29,491 bases of DNA from Pyrinomonadaceae bacterium (GCA_035575965.1 DATLXD010000114.1:1-29491); one strand, 5' to 3'. Positions 1 to 8,641 are shown, counted from the first letter of the stretch. The notes: a model not told the origin generated them from the sequence alone. Translations and numbers: made by a program.

Positions 1-237
1 GAGATTGATTTGGGCGAAGAAAAACCGCGCCAGATTCTCGCCGGTTTAGCCGAATACTACGAACCGGAAAAACTTATCGGGCGAAAAGTCGTCGTCGTAG
101 CGAATCTCAAACCGCGAAAAATGCGCGGGCTGGAATCGCAGGGAATGATTTGCGCTGCATCTTTGGAAAACAGCGACGACACGCCCGCGATTGCGACGTT
201 TTTGGAAGACGTGAAAATCGGTGCAAGATTAAAATAA
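1..237 (+). CDS. metG: C-terminal tRNA-binding OB-fold (Trbp111/EMAP-like) domain, probably the 3' end of methionyl-tRNA synthetase; 5' partial
   Basis: Frame open from position 1 (EIDLGEEKPRQILAGL...). Motifs LIGRKVVVVANLKPRKMRGLESQGM are typical of this domain. A stand-alone tRNA-binding protein cannot be excluded. Confidence 0.75.
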   Translation, partial: EIDLGEEKPRQILAGLAEYYEPEKLIGRKVVVVANLKPRKMRGLESQGMICAASLENSDDTPAIATFLEDVKIGARLK

Positions 238-262
238 AATTACGAAAAAAATTACTCCAATA

Positions 263-856
263 ATGGTTTTTGTATTTTTGATATTTAGTCCTTTAGTAAT
301 TTTTAGTCAAAAGAAAATTACCAGCAATAAACAAATTAAATCAGTAAAAAAAATTAAGCGCACTGAAATAGTTGCCAAAATTCAACCTGAAGACGGAATT
401 TGGAAAGAATTGGTTTCAGAAGAAGGTAGATTTAAAATACTTTTCCCAAAAGAGCCTGAAAAGTTAGTAAGAAACAAGGATTTTCCAAGGGGAAATTCTT
501 TTATTGAATACAAATTATGGACGAATTTCAGAAAATATTCAGTAAGTTTTGCGGAATTCGATAATGTAAAATCTCTTTCTAACGAGCAATTAAATGGACT
601 TTACGATATAACGCGCGATGGAATTGTAAAAGATGCCAAAGGAAAACTTTCGACTGACAATAGTTTGCAGGTTGGAAATGTTTTAGGACGCGAAATTACT
701 TACGAACAAGAAAATTACATTGTAATAAATCGTTATTTCTTGAATGGTAATAAATTTTATCAAATAATCACAGTCGTTGAAAAAGAGCTAAATGTTGGAA
801 CAAATGTTCAAGAATTCGGAAAGAAGTTTCTTGGTTCATTTCGATTTATTGATTGA
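263..856 (+). CDS. Hypothetical exported protein, possibly PsbP/DcrB-like fold
   Basis: 197-aa ORF with hydrophobic N-terminus resembling a signal peptide (MVFVFLIFSPLVIFS|QK) and an EGRFKILFPKEP segment. Visibly more AT-rich than flanking genes. The fold guess is inference. Confidence 0.6.
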   Translation: MVFVFLIFSPLVIFSQKKITSNKQIKSVKKIKRTEIVAKIQPEDGIWKELVSEEGRFKILFPKEPEKLVRNKDFPRGNSFIEYKLWTNFRKYSVSFAEFDNVKSLSNEQLNGLYDITRDGIVKDAKGKLSTDNSLQVGNVLGREITYEQENYIVINRYFLNGNKFYQIITVVEKELNVGTNVQEFGKKFLGSFRFID

Positions 857-875
857 GTTTAATAGTTAAAGTTGA

Positions 876-1157
876 ATGCAATTTGAATGGGACAAAGAGA
901 AAGCCGCAGGCAATCTCAAAAAACACGGCGTAAGTTTTGAAGAGGCTGAAACTGTTTTCGGCGATTCTTTGGCGAGAATTTTTGACGACGAAGAACATTC
1001 TTTTGATGAAAAACGAAACGGGATTGTCGGGCATTCAACAAAAAACCGCCTTTTAATAATCAGTTTTACGGAAAAAGAAAATGATACAATAAGAATAATC
1101 AGTGCAAGAGAAACAACACCGATGGAAAAGAGGAAACACGAAAATGCAAATGGATGA
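876..1157 (+). CDS. brnT: BrnT family toxin (DUF497 ribonuclease)
   Basis: MQFEWDKEKAAGNLKKHGVSFEEA...RIISAR matches the BrnT pattern (FEWD..K...N..KHG..F, RIISAR). Confidence 0.92.
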   Translation: MQFEWDKEKAAGNLKKHGVSFEEAETVFGDSLARIFDDEEHSFDEKRNGIVGHSTKNRLLIISFTEKENDTIRIISARETTPMEKRKHENANG

Positions 1158-1365
1158 AAATGATGAATTATTGCCTGAATACGATTTGGATTATTCAAAA
1201 TCAAAGCCGAATCGTTTTGCTGCAAAGTATCAACAGATACAGAGAACGGTTGTTCTTGATTCGGATATTGCCGATAAATTTCCGAACTCCCAAGCAGTTA
1301 ATGAAGCACTACGTTTTTTAGTCAGAGTTACAGAACAGCATCAAACTGAACTTACTCATAAATAA
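1144..1365 (+). CDS. brnA: BrnA-type antitoxin
   Basis: Overlaps the brnT stop. ELLPEYDLDYSK..PNRFA and VVLDSDIADKFPNSQAVNEALR are typical of BrnT partners. Start at ATG 1144 or 1150 rather than GTG 1102. Confidence 0.82.
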   Translation: MQMDENDELLPEYDLDYSKSKPNRFAAKYQQIQRTVVLDSDIADKFPNSQAVNEALRFLVRVTEQHQTELTHK

Positions 1366-1413
1366 AATTACAATTCTCTGTATTAATGAAAAACATTTTT
1401 CGTAAATCGAAAA

Positions 1414-2454
1414 CTATAAAATCCCTTTATCAATCAACAGTTCCGCATTCAGAACAGCCGAACCAGCCGCGCCGCGAACGGTGTTGTGTGAAAGGGCGAC
1501 GAAGCGATAATCGAAGATGTTGTCGGGGAAAAGTCTGCCGACGGTGATCGTCATTCCGTCGCCGTTGTCGCGGTCGAGTCGCGGCTGCGGGCGCGAAGGC
1601 TCGTCACAAATGTCTATAAAATGTTCGGGCGACGAATAAAGTTTGAGCGACGGGAAACTTTTCATTGCCTCCATTACGCCTTCCAGAGTCGAAGTTTGCC
1701 GCAGTTTTACTCTGACCGATGCCGTGTGTCCGTCAATTACATTGACGCGAAAACATTGTGCACTGACGGTAAAATCGGCTTTTTCAATCGTTTCACCGGA
1801 AAATTTACCGAGAATTTTTTGCGCTTCGGTTTCCACTTTCGGCTCTTCACCGGCGATATACGGTAAAACATTTTCCGTAATATCGAAAGCCGAAACGCCC
1901 GGATAACCCGCGCCGGAAATCGCTTGCAGGGTCGTAACGAAGACAGCTTCCACGCCGAATTTTCTATCAAGTGCGGCAAGCGGCGGCGCAAAACACATCA
2001 CCGCGCAATTCGGATTTGTCAGGATAAAACCTTTGCCAAAGCCACGTCTACGTTTTTGAATTTCGATTAAATCGGTGTGTTCGTGGTTGATTTCGGCAAT
2101 CAAAAGTGGCACGTCTTCGTCCATCCGGTAAGCGGACGAATTGCTGATAACCGGAAAACCAGCACGCGCGAACGCTTCTTCGGTTTCACGCGCGACGCTC
2201 GTCGGCAGGCTCGAAAAAACAAAATCGCAATCAATCGGCGGCTCAATCGGCTCGACCACGATGTCTTTGACATATTCGGGCATCGCACCGGGTAATTTCC
2301 AAGCGCACGCCTCAGCATATATTTTGCCGGTCGAGCGGTCTGAAGCGGCAAGCGCGGTTATCTCAAACTGCGGATGATTTTCCAGCAACTGCACAAATCT
2401 TTGCCCGACTGTTCCGGTTGCGCCCAAAATTCCTACACGACGTTTTCTGCTCAT
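1414..2454 (-). CDS. asd: Aspartate-semialdehyde dehydrogenase (archaeal/eukaryote-like subtype)
   Basis: GILGATGTVGQ Rossmann motif, catalytic NPNC, QAISGAGY, SHNTVRGAAG. Start placed at ATG 2454 (MSRKRRV). Confidence 0.95.
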   Translation of the reverse strand: MSRKRRVGILGATGTVGQRFVQLLENHPQFEITALAASDRSTGKIYAEACAWKLPGAMPEYVKDIVVEPIEPPIDCDFVFSSLPTSVARETEEAFARAGFPVISNSSAYRMDEDVPLLIAEINHEHTDLIEIQKRRRGFGKGFILTNPNCAVMCFAPPLAALDRKFGVEAVFVTTLQAISGAGYPGVSAFDITENVLPYIAGEEPKVETEAQKILGKFSGETIEKADFTVSAQCFRVNVIDGHTASVRVKLRQTSTLEGVMEAMKSFPSLKLYSSPEHFIDICDEPSRPQPRLDRDNGDGMTITVGRLFPDNIFDYRFVALSHNTVRGAAGSAVLNAELLIDKGIL

Positions 2455-2679
2455 ATGAAAAAGATAAATATGAAGCGACAATAAAAAATAAGTTTAATTC
2501 ACACGGTGCGAAATTGAAAACGCAGAGAATTTTATTGTTGTTTGTGTTTAACAATTCTAACTTTATCAAAGTCGCACGCCTGACCTCGAAGAACAAAAAT
2601 TATTTTCAGCAAAAGTGTAATTTTGCAGGCAATTATGCTTAAATAGCTCAACTAAAATAAATTTTTTACGAAAACAATT

Positions 2680-3537
2680 ATGTCCTGGATAGATAGCGGA
2701 GAAATTCTTGCTGACATCGGCGAGTTTTTGAGAGAAGACATCGGGCGCGGCGACATTACGACGCAATCGACCGTGCCGCCGGACGTACGCGGTTTGGGTA
2801 GATTTCTTGCAAAGGAAGATTTGGTCGTTTGCGGTTTGGAGGTTGCCGAAGCGGTTTTCGCGCATCTCGACCCGGAAAATCCCGAAATCGAAAATACTTT
2901 CGACGATGGCGACGAAGTTAAAGCAGGAACAGTTTTCGCAACTTTGAAAGGTTACGCCGACGTATTGCTGGCGGGCGAAAGAGTTGCACTGAATTTATTG
3001 CAGAGAATGTGCGGCGTGGCGACGCTGACGCGCCAATATGTGAAAGCCGTCGAAGGCACATGCACACAAATTATTGATACAAGAAAAACTACACCCGGTC
3101 TTCGCTTGCTTGAAAAATATGCGGTTACGGTCGGCGGCGGAAAAAATCACCGGTTCGGTCTGGACGACGGCGTTTTAATCAAAGACAATCACATCGCCCT
3201 CGCGGGCGGCATCACCGAAGCCATCACGATGGCAAAGAAAAAAGTCGGACACCTCCACAAAATCGAAGTCGAGATTTCCAATTGGGCGCAGCTTCGGGAA
3301 GCAATAGAATCAGGCGCGGACATTATTTTATTAGACAACCAAACGCCGGAAGAAGCGGAAAAACTCGTTGAAATGGCGCGACAGTTGAATCCGAATGTAC
3401 TGCTTGAGGCGTCCGGCGGAATGGATTTAGACCGCGTGCGCTCGTTTGCCGAAGCCGGAGTCGACCTTATCAGCGTCGGCAAGCTAACTCATTCGGCAAA
3501 AGCCGTGGACATCAGCTTTAAGATTCAAGCCGTCTGA
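2680..3537 (+). CDS. nadC: Nicotinate-nucleotide diphosphorylase (quinolinate phosphoribosyltransferase)
   Basis: EDIGRGDITT, DTRKTTPGLR, NHRFGLDDGVLIKDNH, EIEVE, DIILLDN and EASGG motifs. Confidence 0.97.
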   Translation: MSWIDSGEILADIGEFLREDIGRGDITTQSTVPPDVRGLGRFLAKEDLVVCGLEVAEAVFAHLDPENPEIENTFDDGDEVKAGTVFATLKGYADVLLAGERVALNLLQRMCGVATLTRQYVKAVEGTCTQIIDTRKTTPGLRLLEKYAVTVGGGKNHRFGLDDGVLIKDNHIALAGGITEAITMAKKKVGHLHKIEVEISNWAQLREAIESGADIILLDNQTPEEAEKLVEMARQLNPNVLLEASGGMDLDRVRSFAEAGVDLISVGKLTHSAKAVDISFKIQAV

Positions 3538-3567
3538 AATCCGTAATTACTTGGTAAAAACTTTTGA

Positions 3568-4500
3568 TTAAGTGAACTGTTTTGCGGGAATCTCTTCGCT
3601 CGTCAAAGCCAGCATTTCTCTGGTCGGTTTCAAAATCGGCAAAAACCAAACCAAAACACCCGACGCAATCAGCGCAATCGTGCAGGCAAAACCGCCTTCG
3701 ATGCCGTAATCGCCGCCCGTCAAAACGGTTAGACCAGCGTTTGTAACTTGAAAAAGCGGCGCAGTCGTTAACTCTTTTATACCGCTCACCGGAATTCCCA
3801 AAATCGCGCCCTGCATCCAGTTCCACATCAGATGAAGACCGGAAACCATCCACAAATTGCGTGTTTTTAAGTAAGCGATACTAAACCAAACGCCTGCCAA
3901 AGCCGTGTTGATTGTGGAAATATAACCTGCATTAGGATTGCCCGAATGACTCCAAGCGAAGAAAAGAGATGTCAACGCAATGGCAAACCAGGCAAGTTTT
4001 GCGCGGGCAAATGTTTGCAGAATGTATCCGCGAAAAAGTGCTTCTTCCGCCGCCGCACCGAGCGCGAAAACTGCCAGCGAAACGCCCAACGTCAACAAAA
4101 TCGCCGAGCTTCCGCTCGAATTGTTCGGCTGCAACGCCATTCCGCCAAAAATAATGGCGATAAAAGCCGCCAAATAAATCGAAACAGCGCCGAGAGTTAA
4201 ACCGAAAAGTAAATCATTCAACCAATTTTTCGTAAACCAGCAGCCAAGTGCTCGAAACGGCAAATTTTCCAGAAATTTGCCGCACATCCAGCCGACGAAA
4301 ATCGAAAGCGTCAGCAAAATAAAGTTCGGAACGACGAAACCCGACAAACCGCTTTTGTTAAAACCAATTGGCGAGCGTGAAAGAATCGCTTCGATTACCG
4401 CGCCGAAAACACTTGAAACAAAAACAAACGCGAGCAAAAAAATAATCACGCGCCAACCGCTCCGAATGCGTCTGAACTCGTTGAAAAAAACTTGCTTCAT
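3568..4500 (-). CDS. CPBP (CAAX/Abi) family intramembrane metalloprotease
   Basis: Many TM segments plus EEALFRG, FAWSH and HLMWN motifs. Confidence 0.9.
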   Translation of the reverse strand: MKQVFFNEFRRIRSGWRVIIFLLAFVFVSSVFGAVIEAILSRSPIGFNKSGLSGFVVPNFILLTLSIFVGWMCGKFLENLPFRALGCWFTKNWLNDLLFGLTLGAVSIYLAAFIAIIFGGMALQPNNSSGSSAILLTLGVSLAVFALGAAAEEALFRGYILQTFARAKLAWFAIALTSLFFAWSHSGNPNAGYISTINTALAGVWFSIAYLKTRNLWMVSGLHLMWNWMQGAILGIPVSGIKELTTAPLFQVTNAGLTVLTGGDYGIEGGFACTIALIASGVLVWFLPILKPTREMLALTSEEIPAKQFT

Positions 4501-4513
4501 AAGTTTTGGATTT

Positions 4514-4549
4514 TACTCTATGAACCTGAAAAACTCTATGAACTTGCGA
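4514..4549. repeat. 9-nt-period degenerate tandem array in the divergent intergenic gap
   Basis: TACTCTATG AACCTGAAA AACTCTATG AACTTGCGA; ACTCTATGAAC occurs at 4515 and 4533. Preceded by TTTTGGATTTT at 4504-4514. Confidence 0.6.
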
Positions 4550-4575
4550 AATTTATTTTGTGATAAACTGCAAGT

Positions 4576-6807
4576 ATGAGCGAAAATGAACAAAGCCGAA
4601 TAAAGCCAAAGAAACGCACCCCGCCCTGGTTTCTGGGCGCGTTTGTCCTGGTTTTGCTGACGGTTTTGATTCTGTTGCAATCGTCGAATTATTGGAAGGA
4701 TTTTGAAATTGAATCCGCCAGCGACACGCTGCTGCTTTACGCGCTTTCTTCGCTCAATTTTTTTGCATTTGTCATCTTCGGATTTATCTTTGTTCGCAGT
4801 CTGTTAAAACTTCGCCGCGAAAGACGCGCGATGCAACTCGGCTCAAGAATTAAAACCAAACTGCTGTTGTATTTTTTCGCCATCAGTCTGCTGCCAATTA
4901 TTGCAATGGCGGTTTTCTCTTATTTGTATACGAATCGCGCACTGGAACGCTGGTTCAGGCAAATTCCCGAAAATGCTATCAGCGAAGCGAGGCGCGTGCA
5001 AAACCTGTTAATCACCGACCAAACATTGAAATTGCAGGAAACCGCCAATATGCTGGCAGCCGAAGTGGATAAACGGGAAATTACCGCGCAGGATTTGCAG
5101 ACGCTGGTCGAAGCGGGAAATTTAACGAAACTCGAAATAATCTCGAAAACGGGCGACGTGATTGCCGCAGGCGAAAAAAATCTGAATGCAGAAGAAAAAA
5201 CCGAACTCGAAAAAACTCTTAAATTTGTTCACCAAAACAACCTTAGCGAAGCAGCTTTAAGCGACGGAAAATTTTTTGACGCTGCCGCGGCAACACTTTC
5301 AGACGGACGAGCGTTGGTTGTCGTGCCGAGTCTGCGTCCTGCCGAAAACGTCAATCAATTATTTGAAAATTCCCTCGTCGAACTTGTAAAATTAAAGCAA
5401 GAAGGGGTTACCGTCCGGCGAACCGGGTTTCTGACATTGGGAGTATTGACGTTTCTTTTGATTTTCGCTTCTTCGTGGACGGCTTTTTATATTGCGCGCG
5501 GACTAACCGTTCCAATCAAAGCGTTGGCGGAAGGCGCGGAAAAAATTGCACTTGGAAATTTGGCGCATCGTGTTTCCGTCCTTGCTGAAGACGAGCTTGC
5601 GCTGCTCGTTTTGACATTCAATCAAATGTCCGCCAAATTGGAGGAAAATTCCGCCGAACTCGAAGAACGCCGCAAGTATATCGAAACAGTTTTGCAGTCG
5701 CTTTCGACCGGTGTAATTTCTTTTGACAGCGAAAACCGCATCACAACTATCAACAAAGCGGCAATTCAAATTCTGAAACTCGAAAACGGGGACTTCGCAC
5801 AATTCGGTTTGGAAAAACTCGTCAACGAAGAAAACCGCACGATTTTGGAAAGACTTCTTGCGCGTGCAAAACGCATCGGGCAGGCGAGCGAGCAAACCGT
5901 TTTACAGCGCGAGCATACAGACGGAGGTGTGGAAACGAACGGAAATTTGCCGGTTGTTTTGTCCGCAACCGCTTTACCCGAAACTTTTGACGGCAAGGCG
6001 AGCGGAAGCGTGTTGGTTATTGAAGATTTGAGCGAATTGATTGCCGCCCAACGCGCTTCGGCGTGGCAGGAAGTAGCCAGACGAATGGCGCACGAGATAA
6101 AAAATCCGCTGACACCGATTCAGCTTTCGGCAGAGCGCATTGCAAAGAAATTTACAAACGGCGACGCAGAAAAAAATTATCCACAGATAAACATAGATAA
6201 ACACAGATTTAAAAACAAAGACCAAGGACCAAAGACCAAAGCCCAAACTGCAAAAATTATCAAAGACGGAACGGAAACGATTTTGCGCGAAGTTAATTCT
6301 CTAAAATCGATGGTTGACGAGTTTTCACGCTTTGCGCGGCTGCCGAACGCTAGATTGGAAAAAGGAAATGTGAACCGGATAATTGAACAATCAGTTTTTC
6401 TTTACGAAGACCGTTTTCCAGACGTTCAGATAAAAACGAATTTAGAAGATAAAATTCCGGGCGCGATGATTGACGAAGAACAATTGCGCCGCGCGTTTGT
6501 GAATTTAATCGAAAATTCAATCGAAGCGTTTGACGAAGCGCAAGCGGAAAAGCAAATTTATATAAAAACCTTTCACGACGCGGCGCGGGACTTGATTGTT
6601 GCAGAACTTTCCGACAACGGAAACGGAATTTCTCCCGCCGACTTTCAGAAACTTTTTCAGCCGTATTTTTCGACCAAAGGACGCGGAACGGGTTTGGGTT
6701 TGGCAATCGTGCAGAGAATCATTGGCGAGCATCAAGGAAAAATAAAAGCAGTTTCAAACAAACCGTGCGGCGCAAAATTTATCATCGAGCTTCCGACTTT
6801 TATTTAA
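4576..6807 (+). CDS. NtrY-like sensor histidine kinase (TM, HAMP, PAS, HisKA, HATPase)
   Basis: H-box WQEVARRMAHEIKNPLTPIQLSAER (NtrY type), N-box NLIENS, G1 DNGNG, F/G2 FQPYFSTKGRGTGLGL. Confidence 0.92.
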   Translation: MSENEQSRIKPKKRTPPWFLGAFVLVLLTVLILLQSSNYWKDFEIESASDTLLLYALSSLNFFAFVIFGFIFVRSLLKLRRERRAMQLGSRIKTKLLLYFFAISLLPIIAMAVFSYLYTNRALERWFRQIPENAISEARRVQNLLITDQTLKLQETANMLAAEVDKREITAQDLQTLVEAGNLTKLEIISKTGDVIAAGEKNLNAEEKTELEKTLKFVHQNNLSEAALSDGKFFDAAAATLSDGRALVVVPSLRPAENVNQLFENSLVELVKLKQEGVTVRRTGFLTLGVLTFLLIFASSWTAFYIARGLTVPIKALAEGAEKIALGNLAHRVSVLAEDELALLVLTFNQMSAKLEENSAELEERRKYIETVLQSLSTGVISFDSENRITTINKAAIQILKLENGDFAQFGLEKLVNEENRTILERLLARAKRIGQASEQTVLQREHTDGGVETNGNLPVVLSATALPETFDGKASGSVLVIEDLSELIAAQRASAWQEVARRMAHEIKNPLTPIQLSAERIAKKFTNGDAEKNYPQINIDKHRFKNKDQGPKTKAQTAKIIKDGTETILREVNSLKSMVDEFSRFARLPNARLEKGNVNRIIEQSVFLYEDRFPDVQIKTNLEDKIPGAMIDEEQLRRAFVNLIENSIEAFDEAQAEKQIYIKTFHDAARDLIVAELSDNGNGISPADFQKLFQPYFSTKGRGTGLGLAIVQRIIGEHQGKIKAVSNKPCGAKFIIELPTFI
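6182..6247 (+). repeat. Decamer x3 plus heptamer x4 arrays inside the kinase CDS
   Basis: CACAGATAAA CATAGATAAA CACAGATTTA (6182-6211), then CAAAGAC CAAGGAC CAAAGAC CAAAGCC CAAA (6216-6247). Confidence 0.85.
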
Positions 6808-6878
6808 TCGACTCGAGTTATGTTAGCTTACTTCACAATTTGCAGCCGCGAGAAGCATTCTTGAATCTTAAGTAGAAT

Positions 6879-7301
6879 ATGATTTCGATCCGCCCAGCCG
6901 TTAAAGGCGATATTCAAACTCTTTGCTCGCTCGACCTTATCGCGCGTCAGGAGGAAGAGCGGCGAGAATTTATCCGGCGTGAAGTAGCTGCCGGCACCTG
7001 CTTTGCCGCTGTTGCCGACGGAGAAGTTATCGGTTACGGTGTTCTGAATTACACTTTCTACTACAACGGCTGTATAGATATGTTGTATGTGCATTCCGAG
7101 CATCGGCGGTGCGGCGCGGGAGCGGCATTATTACGGCACATGGAGTCCGTTTGTCAAACTCCAAAGTTGTTCACCTCGACAAATCTCTCAAACTTGCTGA
7201 TGCAATCGCTACTCGCCAAACTTGCGTATGAATTGAGCGGCGTAATTCACAACTTGGATGAAGGCGACCCGGAAATTGTGTATTTCAAACGGCTCGGTTA
7301 A
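6879..7301 (+). CDS. GNAT family N-acetyltransferase
   Basis: MISIRPA N-terminus and acetyl-CoA motif LYVHSEHRRCGAGAALL. Confidence 0.88.
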   Translation: MISIRPAVKGDIQTLCSLDLIARQEEERREFIRREVAAGTCFAAVADGEVIGYGVLNYTFYYNGCIDMLYVHSEHRRCGAGAALLRHMESVCQTPKLFTSTNLSNLLMQSLLAKLAYELSGVIHNLDEGDPEIVYFKRLG

Positions 7302-7308
7302 AATTCGC

Positions 7309-7866
7309 TTAATTGGTTTTCTTCCGCGCCATTTCCTCGATTACCGATTCAACCGTTTGCGGCGTGATTTCTTGAGCGATTTCTTTGATAACTTTGTCGG
7401 AAAGTTTTTCCATTAATTTTTCCGCAATAGCTTCGATAACTTCGGGCGAAAAGTTTACCGTTTCCGGTAAATCTTTCTTTTCACCGAATTCTGCCGAGTC
7501 CTTTTTTTCGTCAACGCTTTTCGTGTCGGAATTTTCGGGAATCTCCTCCGTTGTCATTACCTGTTCGGCTGCGGAAAGCGGTTTTTTTTCGAGCGGCGGA
7601 ATCTCCAGAAGATTCAAGTCATCAAAATCAAAAACCGAAGCGTTTCGAGGTTGTGCAGTCATATTAAACTCCGTATTGTTCGCTGTGTTTTTATTATCAT
7701 CAGGCATCGCTGAATACTCTGGAGATTTTTTATCGTCCGATGTTTCTTGTGTTTCCTGCTCCGAAACATCCGGTTCGGTTTTTTGTGCGACAGACTGTTC
7801 ATCCGAAAATTCAAAAATCTTTTCATCGAGCCGCAAAATTTCATCTTCGGCTGAATTTATCGGCAT
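7309..7866 (-). CDS. C-terminal fragment of a RomR-like protein (acidic linker plus conserved helical tail); in frame with the ORF upstream
   Basis: Acidic low-complexity region ending PEVIEAIAEKLMEKLSDKVIKEIAQEITPQTVESVIEEMARKK. Same frame as 7888-8556, separated only by TAA 7888-7890 and 7 codons. Confidence 0.65.
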   Translation of the reverse strand: MPINSAEDEILRLDEKIFEFSDEQSVAQKTEPDVSEQETQETSDDKKSPEYSAMPDDNKNTANNTEFNMTAQPRNASVFDFDDLNLLEIPPLEKKPLSAAEQVMTTEEIPENSDTKSVDEKKDSAEFGEKKDLPETVNFSPEVIEAIAEKLMEKLSDKVIKEIAQEITPQTVESVIEEMARKKTN

Positions 7867-7887
7867 TCGCCGAAAATGCTCACCGGT

Positions 7888-8556
7888 TTAAGGCTGCGTT
7901 TCTACCGAAACTTCTTTTTTTTCGCCCGCACTCGAATCGGCAAAATTATTTTCCGATGTTTGAACATTCGACTCGGAAACAAACTTTTGCGATTCATCTA
8001 CCGGAAGGCTACCGATTTGATTGGTTTGAATCATCTCGTCGTCCATTCCCGCATCGTCAAATCTTTCAAAATTCACATCGCTCATTATCTCGGAACGGTT
8101 GCCCAAATTGGTGGCGGATGCTTCCGTTGCTTGATTTTTAGAACTGAAATTATCTTGATTATAAAATGAGGTTTCACCGCTTGAGCGGTTAAGCAAATTG
8201 GAAACTCTGCTCACCAATTGGCGAATCGACTGAAAAGGTTTTGTCAGATAATCGTCCGCGCCTACACGACGCGCTTTGGCTTCGTCAAAAGGCTCGAACG
8301 AACCGACCAGCAGAATAACCGGAATCTGTTTGGTTTCTTCATCCTGCTTAATCATTTCGCAAATCCGGTAACCGTCGAACCCGGGCATATTAACGTCAAC
8401 CATCACCAAATCAGGCGCGAATTCGACAAATTTTTCCATTGCCGAGTTACCGTCGCCAGCGGTAATTACTTCAATTTCTTCTTCGGCAAAAGTCAGGTTG
8501 ACAACCTTTTGAATCGTTACCGAATCATCTGCTAATAATAATCTACGTTTTGACAC
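7888..8556 (-). CDS. Response regulator receiver protein, RomR-like N-terminal part (prematurely stopped)
   Basis: LLLADDSVTIQKVV, DLVMVDVNMPGFDG, IPVILLVGSFEPFDE, ADDYLTKPF. GTG start with AAGGAG upstream. Confidence 0.88.
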   Translation of the reverse strand: MSKRRLLLADDSVTIQKVVNLTFAEEEIEVITAGDGNSAMEKFVEFAPDLVMVDVNMPGFDGYRICEMIKQDEETKQIPVILLVGSFEPFDEAKARRVGADDYLTKPFQSIRQLVSRVSNLLNRSSGETSFYNQDNFSSKNQATEASATNLGNRSEIMSDVNFERFDDAGMDDEMIQTNQIGSLPVDESQKFVSESNVQTSENNFADSSAGEKKEVSVETQP

Positions 8557-8641
8557 GGCAATTTTGCTCCTTATCGAACAACTAAAATATTTAGTCTAGA
8601 AAGACTATTTGTCTTGAAAAATAATTTGCGTAAAATATTTA

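Noticed and set aside
876-1365. BrnT/BrnA as a novel system
   Set aside because: Well-known type II toxin-antitoxin family; only its flanking context is of interest.
2455-2679. NAD+ riboswitch (known from Acidobacteriota nadA leaders) upstream of nadC
   Set aside because: The region is AT-rich with no convincing paired stems by eye. An Infernal/Rfam scan would be needed, and nothing visible supports it.
8592-8607. Palindrome TAGTCT-AGAA-AGACTA upstream of the RomR-like gene
   Set aside because: 6-bp arms, single occurrence, AT-rich context; cannot be told from chance.
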